From: a virus
IMG/VR virus record: IMGVR_UViG_3300035698_026991
Location: 1,202 to 65,201 of that record
Reading direction: 5' to 3' (one strand)
DNA length: 64,000 bases
Under the pieces are notes generated by a model. That model was not told where the DNA came from. It worked only from the letters and a program-made list of their open reading frames with translations, and ran no database searches. The position numbers and the translations under genes were made by a program. Shown here piece after piece: positions 55,368 to 64,000 of the stretch. Numbering within the stretch: position 1 is the first letter of the stretch; each line of letters opens with the position of its first letter.

Positions 55368-57065
55368 ATGAAAATTATAAAAGATAAAACTACATATCAT
55401 GAATACGCATTAGAGAATGAATACAATCAAGAAGTTGTTTCTTATTGTAAGTTTTTAAAAGCAACTTTCGGATGGAAGGAGTTCCAATGGGACTCTATCA
55501 GGAAAGTTTGGAGATTTAGTGATCCTATGCTTATTACAATGATCAAAAACAAGTTTAAGGAAACAGATTTAGATGAAGTAAAAAAAGATTTAAAGAAGTA
55601 TCTTATTGAAAAAGAAGAAGAGAAAGAAAGATTTGATAATTCAGTTAGAATAAAAACAACAACATCTACAGACTTTAAACCTAAAGGTATTAAAGGAGAG
55701 CTTTATGAATATCAAAAAATAGGAATTGAGTTTCTATTAAATAGTGGTGGAAGAGCTTTACTAGCTGACTCACCTGGAGTTGGTAAGACAGCTCAATATA
55801 TAGGTTACGCAGTGCATAGTGGTTTTAAAAGAAACCTCGTTGTTTGTCCTGCTTCTGTTAAATTTAGTTGGGAATCAGAAATAAAGAAGTGGACAAAAAA
55901 GAAGTCTTTTATTGTCGACTCACATACAAAGATCGATGAAATATCATACGATGTTGAATTTGTTATTATCAATTTTGATATATTAAAGAAGTTCCATAAC
56001 GAATTTAAGAAATGGAAATGGGATAGTATGGTAGTTGATGAAAGTCAGTTAATTAAAAATCCGTCTGCAATCAGATCGAAAGTAGTTAAAAGCATTGCTG
56101 CTGAAATTCCGAATGTGATTATGTTAACTGGTACACCTGTTCTATCTAGACCTGTCGAGATGTTCAATATGCTTAATATTATTGATGGTAGAGTTTGGAA
56201 TAACTACTTTTCTTATGCAACTAAATATTGTGAAGGGAAACAAGGATATTGGGGATTTGAGGCCAAGGGCGCTAGTAATCTTGATGAATTGAATAGTAAG
56301 ATTAGTAAATACTTTCTTAGGAGAACAAAGGAAGAAGTTCTTAAAGAATTACCACCTAAGAATTATATTACCCTACCTATGAAATTACCTAGAGAAGAAA
56401 GAAAACAATATAACTTAGTTGAGAGCGACTTAGTTAATTATCTGAAGTCTTATAAGAAAGACAAAACAAACAAAGAAATAGCAAAATCAATGAACGCTGA
56501 AAAGTTAGTAAAGCTAAATCTATTGAGAGAGATAAGCACGATGGCTAAACTACCAACTGTTCGGGAGGTTATAGACTCTATAATTGAATCAGGAGAGAAA
56601 GTTTTAGTTTTCTCTAGCTTTAATGCACCTCTGGAAGAGCTAGAAGAACATTATGAGAATAAATCTGTAATGATAACTGGTAAAACTCCAGTAATTGAGA
56701 GAGGAGAAATTGTTAATGACTTTCAAAACAATCCTAAGGTAAAGATTTTTCTAGGTGGTATGCTAAGTGCAGGAACTGGTATAACATTAACAGCAGCTAG
56801 CAATGTTATATTTCTAAATTACCCTTGGAACCCTGCTGACATAGAACAAGCAGAAAATAGAGCTCACCGACCCGGTGCAGATTACCAGTCTTTGAACATC
56901 TATCAAATAGTTGGGAAAGATACAATTGATGAATTTATGAAAAAGTTGTTATCAAAGAAAAAAGAAATAATAGATCAAGTAATTGGAGAAAAGGAAGTTA
57001 AGAAAGTCAACAAATCAATGGTCGATGATTACTTAAAAGAATTAAGATTAAAACATAAAAAATAA
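55368..57065 (+). CDS. SNF2-family DNA-dependent ATPase/helicase
   Basis: Motif I DSPGVGKTAQ, motif II DESQLIKN, motif III LTGTP, motif V GGMLSAGTGITL, motif VI QAENRAHRPG. Confidence 0.85.
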   Translation: MKIIKDKTTYHEYALENEYNQEVVSYCKFLKATFGWKEFQWDSIRKVWRFSDPMLITMIKNKFKETDLDEVKKDLKKYLIEKEEEKERFDNSVRIKTTTSTDFKPKGIKGELYEYQKIGIEFLLNSGGRALLADSPGVGKTAQYIGYAVHSGFKRNLVVCPASVKFSWESEIKKWTKKKSFIVDSHTKIDEISYDVEFVIINFDILKKFHNEFKKWKWDSMVVDESQLIKNPSAIRSKVVKSIAAEIPNVIMLTGTPVLSRPVEMFNMLNIIDGRVWNNYFSYATKYCEGKQGYWGFEAKGASNLDELNSKISKYFLRRTKEEVLKELPPKNYITLPMKLPREERKQYNLVESDLVNYLKSYKKDKTNKEIAKSMNAEKLVKLNLLREISTMAKLPTVREVIDSIIESGEKVLVFSSFNAPLEELEEHYENKSVMITGKTPVIERGEIVNDFQNNPKVKIFLGGMLSAGTGITLTAASNVIFLNYPWNPADIEQAENRAHRPGADYQSLNIYQIVGKDTIDEFMKKLLSKKKEIIDQVIGEKEVKKVNKSMVDDYLKELRLKHKK

Positions 57066-57066
57066 T

Positions 57067-57519
57067 ATGAATGATATAGAAGAAAGAAAAGAGAGAATGT
57101 TAGCGATGAAACTCTCGGGTAAGACTAACGTATATATAGGAAACAACTTCGGTATTACAGGAGAAAGAGTTGCACAAATAATAGGAAGATTAGGACATGT
57201 AGATAGAAAAATTGAAATACTATGTCCTACATGTAAAGAAGTTTTTAAAGCTCATAAATCTGAAAGAAGAAAATATTGTTGTAGAAAATGTTCAAGTATA
57301 TCGAAACAATTAAGACCTGATAAAGCAATCTCTGAATATAACCAAGTAGAACTTCAAGGATTATATAGGGTGAGAAATGAGAAGAAAAAAGAAAAAACGA
57401 AGTTGTACAATCAAAGACCTGAAGTAAGAAAAAGAAATAAAGCATATCAAAAAACAGAAATATATAGGAGTTATCAAAGAAATTATTATCATAGAAAAAA
57501 GAAAATAAATCATGAATAA
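57067..57519 (+). CDS. basic zinc-ribbon protein
   Basis: CPTCKE ... CCRKC. Arg/Lys-rich C-terminus. Confidence 0.4.
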   Translation: MNDIEERKERMLAMKLSGKTNVYIGNNFGITGERVAQIIGRLGHVDRKIEILCPTCKEVFKAHKSERRKYCCRKCSSISKQLRPDKAISEYNQVELQGLYRVRNEKKKEKTKLYNQRPEVRKRNKAYQKTEIYRSYQRNYYHRKKKINHE

Positions 57520-57667
57520 AATAGAAAGAGCATTAGAAATATTGATGGAAGAAAAAAATCTCTTCTGGTGTAAGGAATGTGAAGAGTGGGTATGGAATGT
57601 CGATAAACATTACCCTTTTGATTATTGTGAAAAATGTTTAGAAAAAAATGATGAAGAAAGACGATAA
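57512..57667 (+). CDS. small zinc-ribbon peptide (51 aa)
   Basis: Manual translation MNKIERALEILMEEKNLFWCKECEEW...CEKC. Overlaps the previous stop by 8 nt. Confidence 0.25.
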   Translation: MNKIERALEILMEEKNLFWCKECEEWVWNVDKHYPFDYCEKCLEKNDEERR

Positions 57668-57676
57668 AATAGACCT

Positions 57677-57892
57677 TTGTTTAAGAATTTTTTTGTACTC
57701 AATAGTATTTATATTATTAGTGATTGCAATAAAAGTAAAATAATGAAAAGAGTATTTAAAATAGTAAAAAGAATAGAAACAACTTCTCTTAGAGATGCTT
57801 TAAAGATAGAAAAAGAAGCTGAGATAGTTGAAGTGTTTCATGATCCAAAAGAGAATGCTATAGGTAGTAGATTAACAACTAATAATAAATAA
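57677..57892 (+). CDS. hypothetical protein
   Basis: 71 aa. Confidence 0.35.
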   Translation: MFKNFFVLNSIYIISDCNKSKIMKRVFKIVKRIETTSLRDALKIEKEAEIVEVFHDPKENAIGSRLTTNNK

Positions 57893-57894
57893 TT

Positions 57895-58149
57895 ATGAAA
57901 AAAGCAAGAAAAATTAATGAAAGAATCAAAGATAAACCAAAATATAAAATAGGTGACATTATTGTATATGAAGATAGATATGGAGATAATAATGATACTA
58001 CTTTTTTATATCAATCAAAAATAGTTAAATCTTCTTCTCATATTTTTTTAAGAGAAGGTTCAGAACTTACTTGGGCTTATTATACAAATCAAACTGAAGA
58101 AGATTCAGAAGATTGTTTATACAAAGAAGATATTTTATATAAATTATAA
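57895..58149 (+). CDS. hypothetical protein
   Basis: 84 aa. Confidence 0.35.
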   Translation: MKKARKINERIKDKPKYKIGDIIVYEDRYGDNNDTTFLYQSKIVKSSSHIFLREGSELTWAYYTNQTEEDSEDCLYKEDILYKL

Positions 58150-58166
58150 ACTAATTAAAAATAATT

Positions 58167-59174
58167 ATGCCTAAAAAGAAAGAAGAAAAAGAAGTTAATA
58201 AATTAGATACAGCTCTATCTAATCTAAAAAAGAAATACGGAAATGATTCTGTTATGCAGATGGATAAAAATCTAGATTTCAAAGTCGAGTGGATACCGAC
58301 AGGTTGTTTCTCTTTAGATGAAATCATAGGGAGTGGTTTACCAAGAGGTAGGATCATTGAACTTTTCGGAGCTGAGAGTTCTGGTAAAAGTACAATGTCA
58401 TTATTTTTGATGTCTCAGATACAGAAACAAGGAGGTAAGGTAGCTTTAATAGACGCAGAGAACGCTTTTGATGGATCTTATGCCTCTGATATTGGTTTGG
58501 ATGTCTCAAAATTGCTCTTAGCGCAACCCGGATCACTTGAAGAGAGCATGGACATCATAAAAGAGTTAGTTGAGTCAGAGTCAATGGATATGATAGTAAT
58601 TGATTCAGTTAGTGCTCTTGTCCCTAAATCAGAAGCAGAGGGAGAGGACTTTATGAAAGATACTATGGCTATCCAAGCAAGACTTATGAGTAGGGCTCTT
58701 AGGATATTAGCTGGACCTATCTCTAAATCAAAAACTATAGTAATCTTTATCAATCAGATCAGAGACAAAGTTGGAGTCTTCTTCGGGGCCAAGACAACTA
58801 CAAGTGGAGGAAGAGCTCTAAAGTTCTTTAGTTCAGTTAGGCTAGAAGTTAAGAAAGGTAAGAAGATAGAAAAGAGTGATGTCCAAATTGGAAATCAAAT
58901 TATTTGTACAGCTGTAAAAAATAAAGTTGGTTTTCCTTGGAAAAAAACAGTACTTGATTTATATTATGCTAAGGGGATAGATTTATTTGCTGATGCACTT
59001 GATTATGGAGAGAAGATTGGTGTTATCAAAAAAGATTCTTTATCCTTTATGTTCGGTGAATTAAGATTAGGTATCGGTAGAGACAAGTCAATCAAGGCAT
59101 TAATGAATGATCCTAAGCTTTTCACAGACGTACACGAAGCGATTACTAATCAATCAAAAAAGAAAGATGATTAA
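58167..59174 (+). CDS. recA: recombinase RecA
   Basis: Walker A GAESSGKST, IDAENAFD, GGRALKFFSSVRLEVKKG and conserved loop regions of bacterial RecA. 335 aa. Confidence 0.9.
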   Translation: MPKKKEEKEVNKLDTALSNLKKKYGNDSVMQMDKNLDFKVEWIPTGCFSLDEIIGSGLPRGRIIELFGAESSGKSTMSLFLMSQIQKQGGKVALIDAENAFDGSYASDIGLDVSKLLLAQPGSLEESMDIIKELVESESMDMIVIDSVSALVPKSEAEGEDFMKDTMAIQARLMSRALRILAGPISKSKTIVIFINQIRDKVGVFFGAKTTTSGGRALKFFSSVRLEVKKGKKIEKSDVQIGNQIICTAVKNKVGFPWKKTVLDLYYAKGIDLFADALDYGEKIGVIKKDSLSFMFGELRLGIGRDKSIKALMNDPKLFTDVHEAITNQSKKKDD

Positions 59175-59631
59175 AGGGAAAGGAAAAAAAGTTGTGGAAC
59201 AAGTAGTTTATTCTTTATTACTAGAATATCCTGAATCAAGTTTTTTAAGTATTCAATATGCTTATTCATTTGAAGAAGCTTTATCTTTAGCTAAAGGAGA
59301 ATACTATGAACTACAAAAAAAGATTTCTGGTGATTCATCTCAAGAAGTAAATTATGTTCCTAAAGTAGTTATGTTCGCTAGTAAGAAGATAGAAAATCTT
59401 GTTCAAGATCAAGCAGTAACGGATGAACTTTTTAAACACTATGATAAGACTAAAGAAAAGAAAGAACCTATAAAAAAAGAAACACAGACAAAGTCAGACA
59501 AAGTCGGATCGAAGGGGAATAGTGATTTAATGAAAGAAATTATTAGTAAGAAGGATGTGGATTTGTTTAAAAAGAATTTAAAGATTTTATCGAAGTCAGA
59601 AAGACTTTATATTAGAAATGAATTAAAATGA
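59167..59631 (+). CDS. hypothetical protein
   Basis: Listed ORF 59107..59631. Start moved to MIKGKGKK (59167) to avoid the RecA overlap. Confidence 0.35.
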   Translation: MIKGKGKKVVEQVVYSLLLEYPESSFLSIQYAYSFEEALSLAKGEYYELQKKISGDSSQEVNYVPKVVMFASKKIENLVQDQAVTDELFKHYDKTKEKKEPIKKETQTKSDKVGSKGNSDLMKEIISKKDVDLFKKNLKILSKSERLYIRNELK

Positions 59632-59650
59632 TTTGTCAATCCATTTTTAC

Positions 59651-59679
59651 TTGACAAGTGAAATTGAAAGGATTACAAT
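59651..59679 (+). promoter_or_regulatory. sigma70-type promoter (TTGACA-N17-TACAAT)
   Basis: TACTTGACAAGTGAAATTGAAAGGATTACAAT. About 70 nt upstream of gene 59751. Confidence 0.55.
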
Positions 59680-59750
59680 AGAAGAGTAAAGGTCGGCGTC
59701 AAATTATAAGTTAAGTTAAGTTATTAAAAATTAAGTTAAGAATTAAAATT

Positions 59751-60419
59751 ATGACTAAAGTAAATATATTTAAAGAGGCAAAAGAAAAGGTTGTACCTAC
59801 ATGGGCAAGATTTGAGAAAGATGGAGATACAATACAAGGAACATACATAGGAAAAATTGTAGGACAAATAGACAATTACGACAACGAACAAGTGATTTAT
59901 CAATTACTTCAAGATGATGAATCAATTTTAAATGTTGGTTTTGGATTAAATAAAAAGTTTCTTATTCAAGAAATGAACACAGTTAAGTTTGGTCAAATTG
60001 TAGGCTTTATCTACAAAGGGAAACTTAGTGTGAAAGACAAAAGACGACCTGGAAACATGGTAGAAGTAAAAGATTATGGTGTTCACCAAGACTCTAAAAT
60101 AGTTGATCAGAAATGGTTAGATGAAAACAAGGATAATATGCCTGAGGTTGTTTGTGTGTCTGAGACAGCTAATCAAGCTGAAATTAGACAATCAAAAATT
60201 CAAGCAGATAAAGATTTTGAAGGAATGGGAACATCTGAAGATCAAGACGAACCACCTTTTTTATCAGAGGAAGAAAAGCTTAGTGTTATTGAAAAATTAT
60301 CAAAAGACAAGCTAGGTTCAGTTGATGCTGAAACAGCTAAAGCAGCTGTAATGGAAAAAACAGGGATAGCATTTATTCCTATTAATTACGATGAGATAAT
60401 TGAGAAGTTATCAGAATAA
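59751..60419 (+). CDS. hypothetical protein (possible ssDNA-binding role by context)
   Basis: 222 aa with acidic C-terminal third, between recA and mre11. No motif confirmed. Confidence 0.3.
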   Translation: MTKVNIFKEAKEKVVPTWARFEKDGDTIQGTYIGKIVGQIDNYDNEQVIYQLLQDDESILNVGFGLNKKFLIQEMNTVKFGQIVGFIYKGKLSVKDKRRPGNMVEVKDYGVHQDSKIVDQKWLDENKDNMPEVVCVSETANQAEIRQSKIQADKDFEGMGTSEDQDEPPFLSEEEKLSVIEKLSKDKLGSVDAETAKAAVMEKTGIAFIPINYDEIIEKLSE

Positions 60420-60423
60420 CAAT

Positions 60424-61437
60424 ATGAGTAAAATACTAATAATAGGTGATATGCACCTGAAAGATCATCTTAGTTACTCCGATTATATAAAAGGAGGTAG
60501 ACAAGTTGAAAAAGATGAAATATTAGAATTTATAGTTAATCAATCTTTGGATTGTGATAGTGTAGTTTTCTTAGGAGATTTCTTTAATTCAAAAAATAAC
60601 TCTTCAGAAGTTAATAAACAAGCTGTAAAATTTTTAGAAAGGTTCCACAGTGATGTTCACATCATTAGTGGAAACCATTCTAAGAAGGGAGACGGAACAA
60701 CAGCGTTAGATTTTTTGAAAGAAATTAAGTTTAAAAACTGGCACATTTACACAGAGATTGAGTCAACTGTAGTTTGTGGAAAAGAAGTATGTTTCTTACC
60801 GAACATGCTCAACTCAGAATTAGGTGTGGTTAATAGAGATGAAGCTGAAGAACAAATTCTAAAAAGGATAGGAACTGGAGATATATTATTTGCTCATCAC
60901 GCTATATCTGGAACTACATTCAATGGTCTTAAGACAGAGATATTATCAGAAGTGGTTTTACCAAAGGAAGTTCTAGAGGAAAAATTCAAGTCTGTAATAG
61001 GTGGTCATATTCATGATCCTCAAGAAGTTGGAAGAACATTGATAGCAGGAGGTGTTTTCACAAGTGCAGTAGGTGAAATTGAAAGATTTATTTGGAAAAT
61101 GGACGATGATTTATCAATAGAGAAAATCAAATTACCTTGTAGAGAAATTCATAAGATAGAGAACCCTACAATTGAAAGTCTTAGTAAAATAAAAAGAGAC
61201 TCAATTGTAAAGGTTGTTCTAACTAAGAAAGATGAAATTGATATTGATGATCTAAAAAAAGAATTATCAAAGTTTGATGCTTATCTGTTGATCGAGAACT
61301 ACCCAAATAAAAGGAAGAAAGCGCACATAGAAGAAGGAGCCTTTGATTTCTCTATAGAGTCCCTATTAGGACTTTATGCTAAGGAAAAAAAGGTTGACGA
61401 GAAGTTATTATTAAAAGGACTAGAGTTAATTAGATAA
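60424..61437 (+). CDS. Mre11/SbcD-like calcineurin-type phosphoesterase (nuclease)
   Basis: Motif I IIGDMHL, motif II VVFLGDFFN, motif III SGNHS, motif V GGHIH. Start moved to MSKILIIGD. Confidence 0.7.
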   Translation: MSKILIIGDMHLKDHLSYSDYIKGGRQVEKDEILEFIVNQSLDCDSVVFLGDFFNSKNNSSEVNKQAVKFLERFHSDVHIISGNHSKKGDGTTALDFLKEIKFKNWHIYTEIESTVVCGKEVCFLPNMLNSELGVVNRDEAEEQILKRIGTGDILFAHHAISGTTFNGLKTEILSEVVLPKEVLEEKFKSVIGGHIHDPQEVGRTLIAGGVFTSAVGEIERFIWKMDDDLSIEKIKLPCREIHKIENPTIESLSKIKRDSIVKVVLTKKDEIDIDDLKKELSKFDAYLLIENYPNKRKKAHIEEGAFDFSIESLLGLYAKEKKVDEKLLLKGLELIR

Positions 61438-61614
61438 AAATTATGGAAGATAAAATAATACAAATTTGTGTTTATAAAACACTAGTACTTGGTTTATCTG
61501 AAAAGGGGAATATGTATATAAGTATACATTCTTCTAAAGAAAAGGGATATAAATGGAAACTTTATTCAAAAAGTCCAAAAATTAAAGAAGATTAATAAAT
61601 TAAACAAAAAAATT

Positions 61615-62079
61615 ATGAATAACGATAAATTATTTTTTATAGTGACAGTGAAAGGGATGGGATTAAAAGTTAATGTTCCATCACAAGATTACGGAGATGA
61701 TGAAATTAGTGATGTAGATAAATACATCAAATTAGAAAAAGGTGATTCTATTGCTGCTTATTTTGAGGTAGATGAATCTAACCCAGTATGTTTGTTTACA
61801 ACAAAAGGATTTGGTTATAGATTTAATCTTAGTGATATAAGAGTAATGGGAGAAGGTATGCCTGGTGTGTCTGTTATAGACTTAGATGAAAAAGACCAGA
61901 TAATTACTTCTTTTCAAGCAAAAGAAGATGACGTACTTGAACTTAAAACCATCAACAAGAATATTATAAATCCTTTTGTAAGGGAAATGCCTATTCTTAA
62001 AAGAGGAAGTAAAGGAGTTAGAATAGTTAAACTTGATGATGATGACTATGTTACAGAAGTAGACATCATGGTTGAATAA
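61615..62079 (+). CDS. hypothetical protein
   Basis: 154 aa. Confidence 0.4.
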   Translation: MNNDKLFFIVTVKGMGLKVNVPSQDYGDDEISDVDKYIKLEKGDSIAAYFEVDESNPVCLFTTKGFGYRFNLSDIRVMGEGMPGVSVIDLDEKDQIITSFQAKEDDVLELKTINKNIINPFVREMPILKRGSKGVRIVKLDDDDYVTEVDIMVE

Positions 62080-62208
62080 GGGGTCGAAATCGAATTATTA
62101 GAATAACCTTAATTAAATAAAATTATGGAAGATACAACAATTCACATCATGTTAGCAGTTGCGACTTTTCTCTCAGTTGTTTACACATGGGTAAGAACTA
62201 AATAAAAT

Positions 62209-62754
62209 ATGTCTAAAAAAAATATCAAAAGTTTAGGAATAGATTTAAGTTTAGTAGGGACAGGTATTGTTCTTTTAGAAGATGGTAAATTAAAAAAGAA
62301 AAGGTTAATTAAAAGTAAACCTTGTGGAGATTTACCTATCAATGAGCTAAAGAGAATCAGAAAAATTGTCGACACTATAGAATCTACTCTATCTGATGAC
62401 CTACCGACAATAGCAGTTATTGAAGGGTTGGCATTCATGGCTAGGAATAGTACTTCTTTAGTACAACTTTCAGCTTTGAATTATATGACTAGATCTTTGT
62501 TATTTGAGTATAGAATACCATTCATTATTGTTGCACCTACCAGTTTAAAGAAATTTGTAACTGGTAATGGTGCAGCAAAAAAGGATGTTATGCTCATTGA
62601 AACATATAAAAGATATGGTGTAACTATATTAGATGACAATGAGGCCGACGCATACGCATTAGCACAAGTAGGGTTAGGATTACTTGGTGGTAATAGTAAG
62701 CCACTAATTAAAAAACAGAAAGAAGTCTTAGCTTTATTAGAAAAACAAGTATGA
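62209..62754 (+). CDS. RuvC-like Holliday-junction resolvase
   Basis: N-terminal LGIDLSLVGTGIVLLE (RuvC motif I with catalytic Asp), IEG(E) and C-terminal DDNEADAYALA. Confidence 0.65.
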   Translation: MSKKNIKSLGIDLSLVGTGIVLLEDGKLKKKRLIKSKPCGDLPINELKRIRKIVDTIESTLSDDLPTIAVIEGLAFMARNSTSLVQLSALNYMTRSLLFEYRIPFIIVAPTSLKKFVTGNGAAKKDVMLIETYKRYGVTILDDNEADAYALAQVGLGLLGGNSKPLIKKQKEVLALLEKQV

Positions 62755-63203
62755 GAAACAGAAAAGGACAATTTGTCAAAGGAAATAAAGAATTAGTTAC
62801 TCATAACTTGTCTGAGTCAAGACAATATAATACGTGGAATCATATGATGTCACGATGTTATCGGAAAAAAGATAGTTCATATAAAGACTATGGAGAAAGG
62901 GGAATAAAAGTAATAAAAAAGTGGCATACTTTTATTGGGTTTTGGAAAGATATGAAAGAATCTTATTACGAAGAAGGAACATTAGATCGCATAAATAATA
63001 ATGGGAATTACAATAAGACAAACTGTAGATGGACAACTCAAAAAGAACAATCTAGAAATAAGAGGACAACATTAAAGGTTAATTATTGTGGTGTACAAAT
63101 ATCATTATCAGAATTATGTGAAAAAAATAATATTCCTTATCATAGAGTTTATTTAAGAATATACAGATATGGTTGGGATATAACAAAAGCATTAATAAAA
63201 TAA
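62751..63203 (+). CDS. HNH-like (HNH_3-type) homing-endonuclease-like protein
   Basis: YNTWNHMMSRCY ... TLDRINNNGNYNKTNCRWTTQKEQSRN resembles the DRIDN.G.Y...N.RW.T..Q..N block of phage HNH_3 endonucleases (recollection). Confidence 0.35.
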   Translation: MRNRKGQFVKGNKELVTHNLSESRQYNTWNHMMSRCYRKKDSSYKDYGERGIKVIKKWHTFIGFWKDMKESYYEEGTLDRINNNGNYNKTNCRWTTQKEQSRNKRTTLKVNYCGVQISLSELCEKNNIPYHRVYLRIYRYGWDITKALIK

Positions 63204-63216
63204 TCAATTATAAATT

Positions 63217-63498
63217 ATGAAGACAATGAAAGAGTTAAAGAAAAATCTTTTAAGTGACGAACAAGAAACTATTGTTATAGCTGCTCTTGCAGTTACATTG
63301 AAAGATGAATTTCTATCAGCAGGGTTTCCTCCTGAAGTTTATGCAGATAAATTTGATCAAATAGGGAAAGACTTAGCCATTAACGCCGTTAAGAAAGCAC
63401 AGGTGTTAATTTTGAAGTCAGGAATTATGGATAGTGTATCAGATGACATCGACGAAATAGTAAAAAAAAGAAAGATAAATAAAAAGAAGAAAAAATAA
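63217..63498 (+). CDS. hypothetical protein
   Basis: 93 aa. Confidence 0.35.
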   Translation: MKTMKELKKNLLSDEQETIVIAALAVTLKDEFLSAGFPPEVYADKFDQIGKDLAINAVKKAQVLILKSGIMDSVSDDIDEIVKKRKINKKKKK

Positions 63499-63499
63499 A

Positions 63500-63796
63500 A
63501 TGAAAAAAGCACTTAAAGAAGCAGAAAAAGAATTCGAAACATTAGCTCATGCATACCAAGAAGCTTACCAACCATCTCATAATGAAGATTGGGGGAGAGG
63601 TTTCTGGAGATGTATGGAATATTCTAAATCTTTTCTTAAATTTCATATAGTAACAATATTAGAAGCTCAGAATAAAGAATTAGAAAAAAGAAAAGATACA
63701 GAAGTTGATGAGCAAGCTTCTGAAAATTATAATATTGCTATCGATGAGACAATTGAAGAGAACAATAAAATTATTAAATTAAATAAATCAGAATAA
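63500..63796 (+). CDS. hypothetical protein
   Basis: 98 aa. Confidence 0.35.
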   Translation: MKKALKEAEKEFETLAHAYQEAYQPSHNEDWGRGFWRCMEYSKSFLKFHIVTILEAQNKELEKRKDTEVDEQASENYNIAIDETIEENNKIIKLNKSE

Positions 63797-64000
63797 TATG
63801 GATCAATCAACATCACCTATCCCACCAGTAAATGAGAATATAGAAATGGATTTTTCAACAGCTATAAAAGAAGTAATAGATGGGAAAAAAATAACAAAGT
63901 TAGATTGGGCAAATAGATATATTTATGTCTTTTTGAAAGATGATTTTCTAACTATCTCAAAAGAGGATGGTACATTAAACCAATTGATTATCAGTAAAGA
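63797..64000 (+). CDS. DUF2829-like protein (partial at the window edge, Tad2-like fold candidate)
   Basis: FSTAIKEVIDGKKITKLDWANRYIYV matches the recalled DUF2829 consensus (F.eAl..lk.GkkvrR.gW). ORF runs off the window end. Confidence 0.3.

Noticed and set aside
1-64000. rRNA genes, CRISPR arrays, integrase or transposase genes
   Set aside because: None were recognisable by eye. No Tyr or Ser recombinase or DDE transposase motifs were found in any ORF of this window.

Overview
This window looks like part of a large AT-rich tailed (HK97-type) bacteriophage genome; no genome ends, rRNA or CRISPR arrays are visible. Genes lie in four strand blocks.

- **1-21758 (minus strand):** glycosyltransferases and SAM-methyltransferases next to the head module. 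The head module holds TerS candidate, TerL, portal, scaffold, major capsid, two tandem capsid-adjacent paralogs and a virion protein with a long Ser/Ala/Pro hexapeptide-repeat tail. The block also carries a lysis cassette (papain-like peptidase with a PG-binding domain, plus a holin-like gene), a 1101-aa virion protein and an HU-like protein.
- **21810-41630 (plus strand):** a HAD-like hydrolase, tRNA-Thr(UGU), a tRNA-like structured region and RmlB. There is a gene flanked by a perfect 20-bp inverted repeat, then a 1.65-kb ORF-free GC/CA-rich region with degenerate direct repeats. An array of short genes follows, each preceded by a conserved 19-nt motif, including a triplicated paralog family and many membrane and zinc-ribbon mini-proteins. 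The block ends with an SPFH/prohibitin gene, MucR-like and XRE regulators, and a MoxR-AAA+/vWA gene pair.
- **41900-54144 (minus strand):** an HNH endonuclease, a small GC-rich island and a dTDP-sugar cassette (RmlA, RmlD-like) bracketed by duplicated alpha/beta-hydrolase-fragment genes. Then come an SLT transglycosylase, GroEL followed by GroES with separate promoters, a primase-helicase, a DnaC-like loader and a putative initiator.
- **54251-64000 (plus strand):** MerR-like and zinc-ribbon regulators, an SNF2 helicase, RecA, Mre11/SbcD, RuvC, an HNH-like gene and a partial DUF2829 (Tad2-like) ORF.

Regulatory signals I can read directly:
- Six promoters of sigma70 type (CTTGACAAGT-N16/17-TAtaaT).
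- A second class of nine conserved 19-nt motif sites.
- Several rho-independent terminators.

The most interesting candidates are: a virion-glycosylation system (Ser-rich repeat tail plus GTs, MTases and dTDP-sugar genes); the ORF-free repeat region; the motif-driven early-gene island; the MoxR/vWA pair; the IR-flanked cassette; and the tRNA-like element.

All functional calls rest on motifs read by eye and on recalled family knowledge. No database searches were run.
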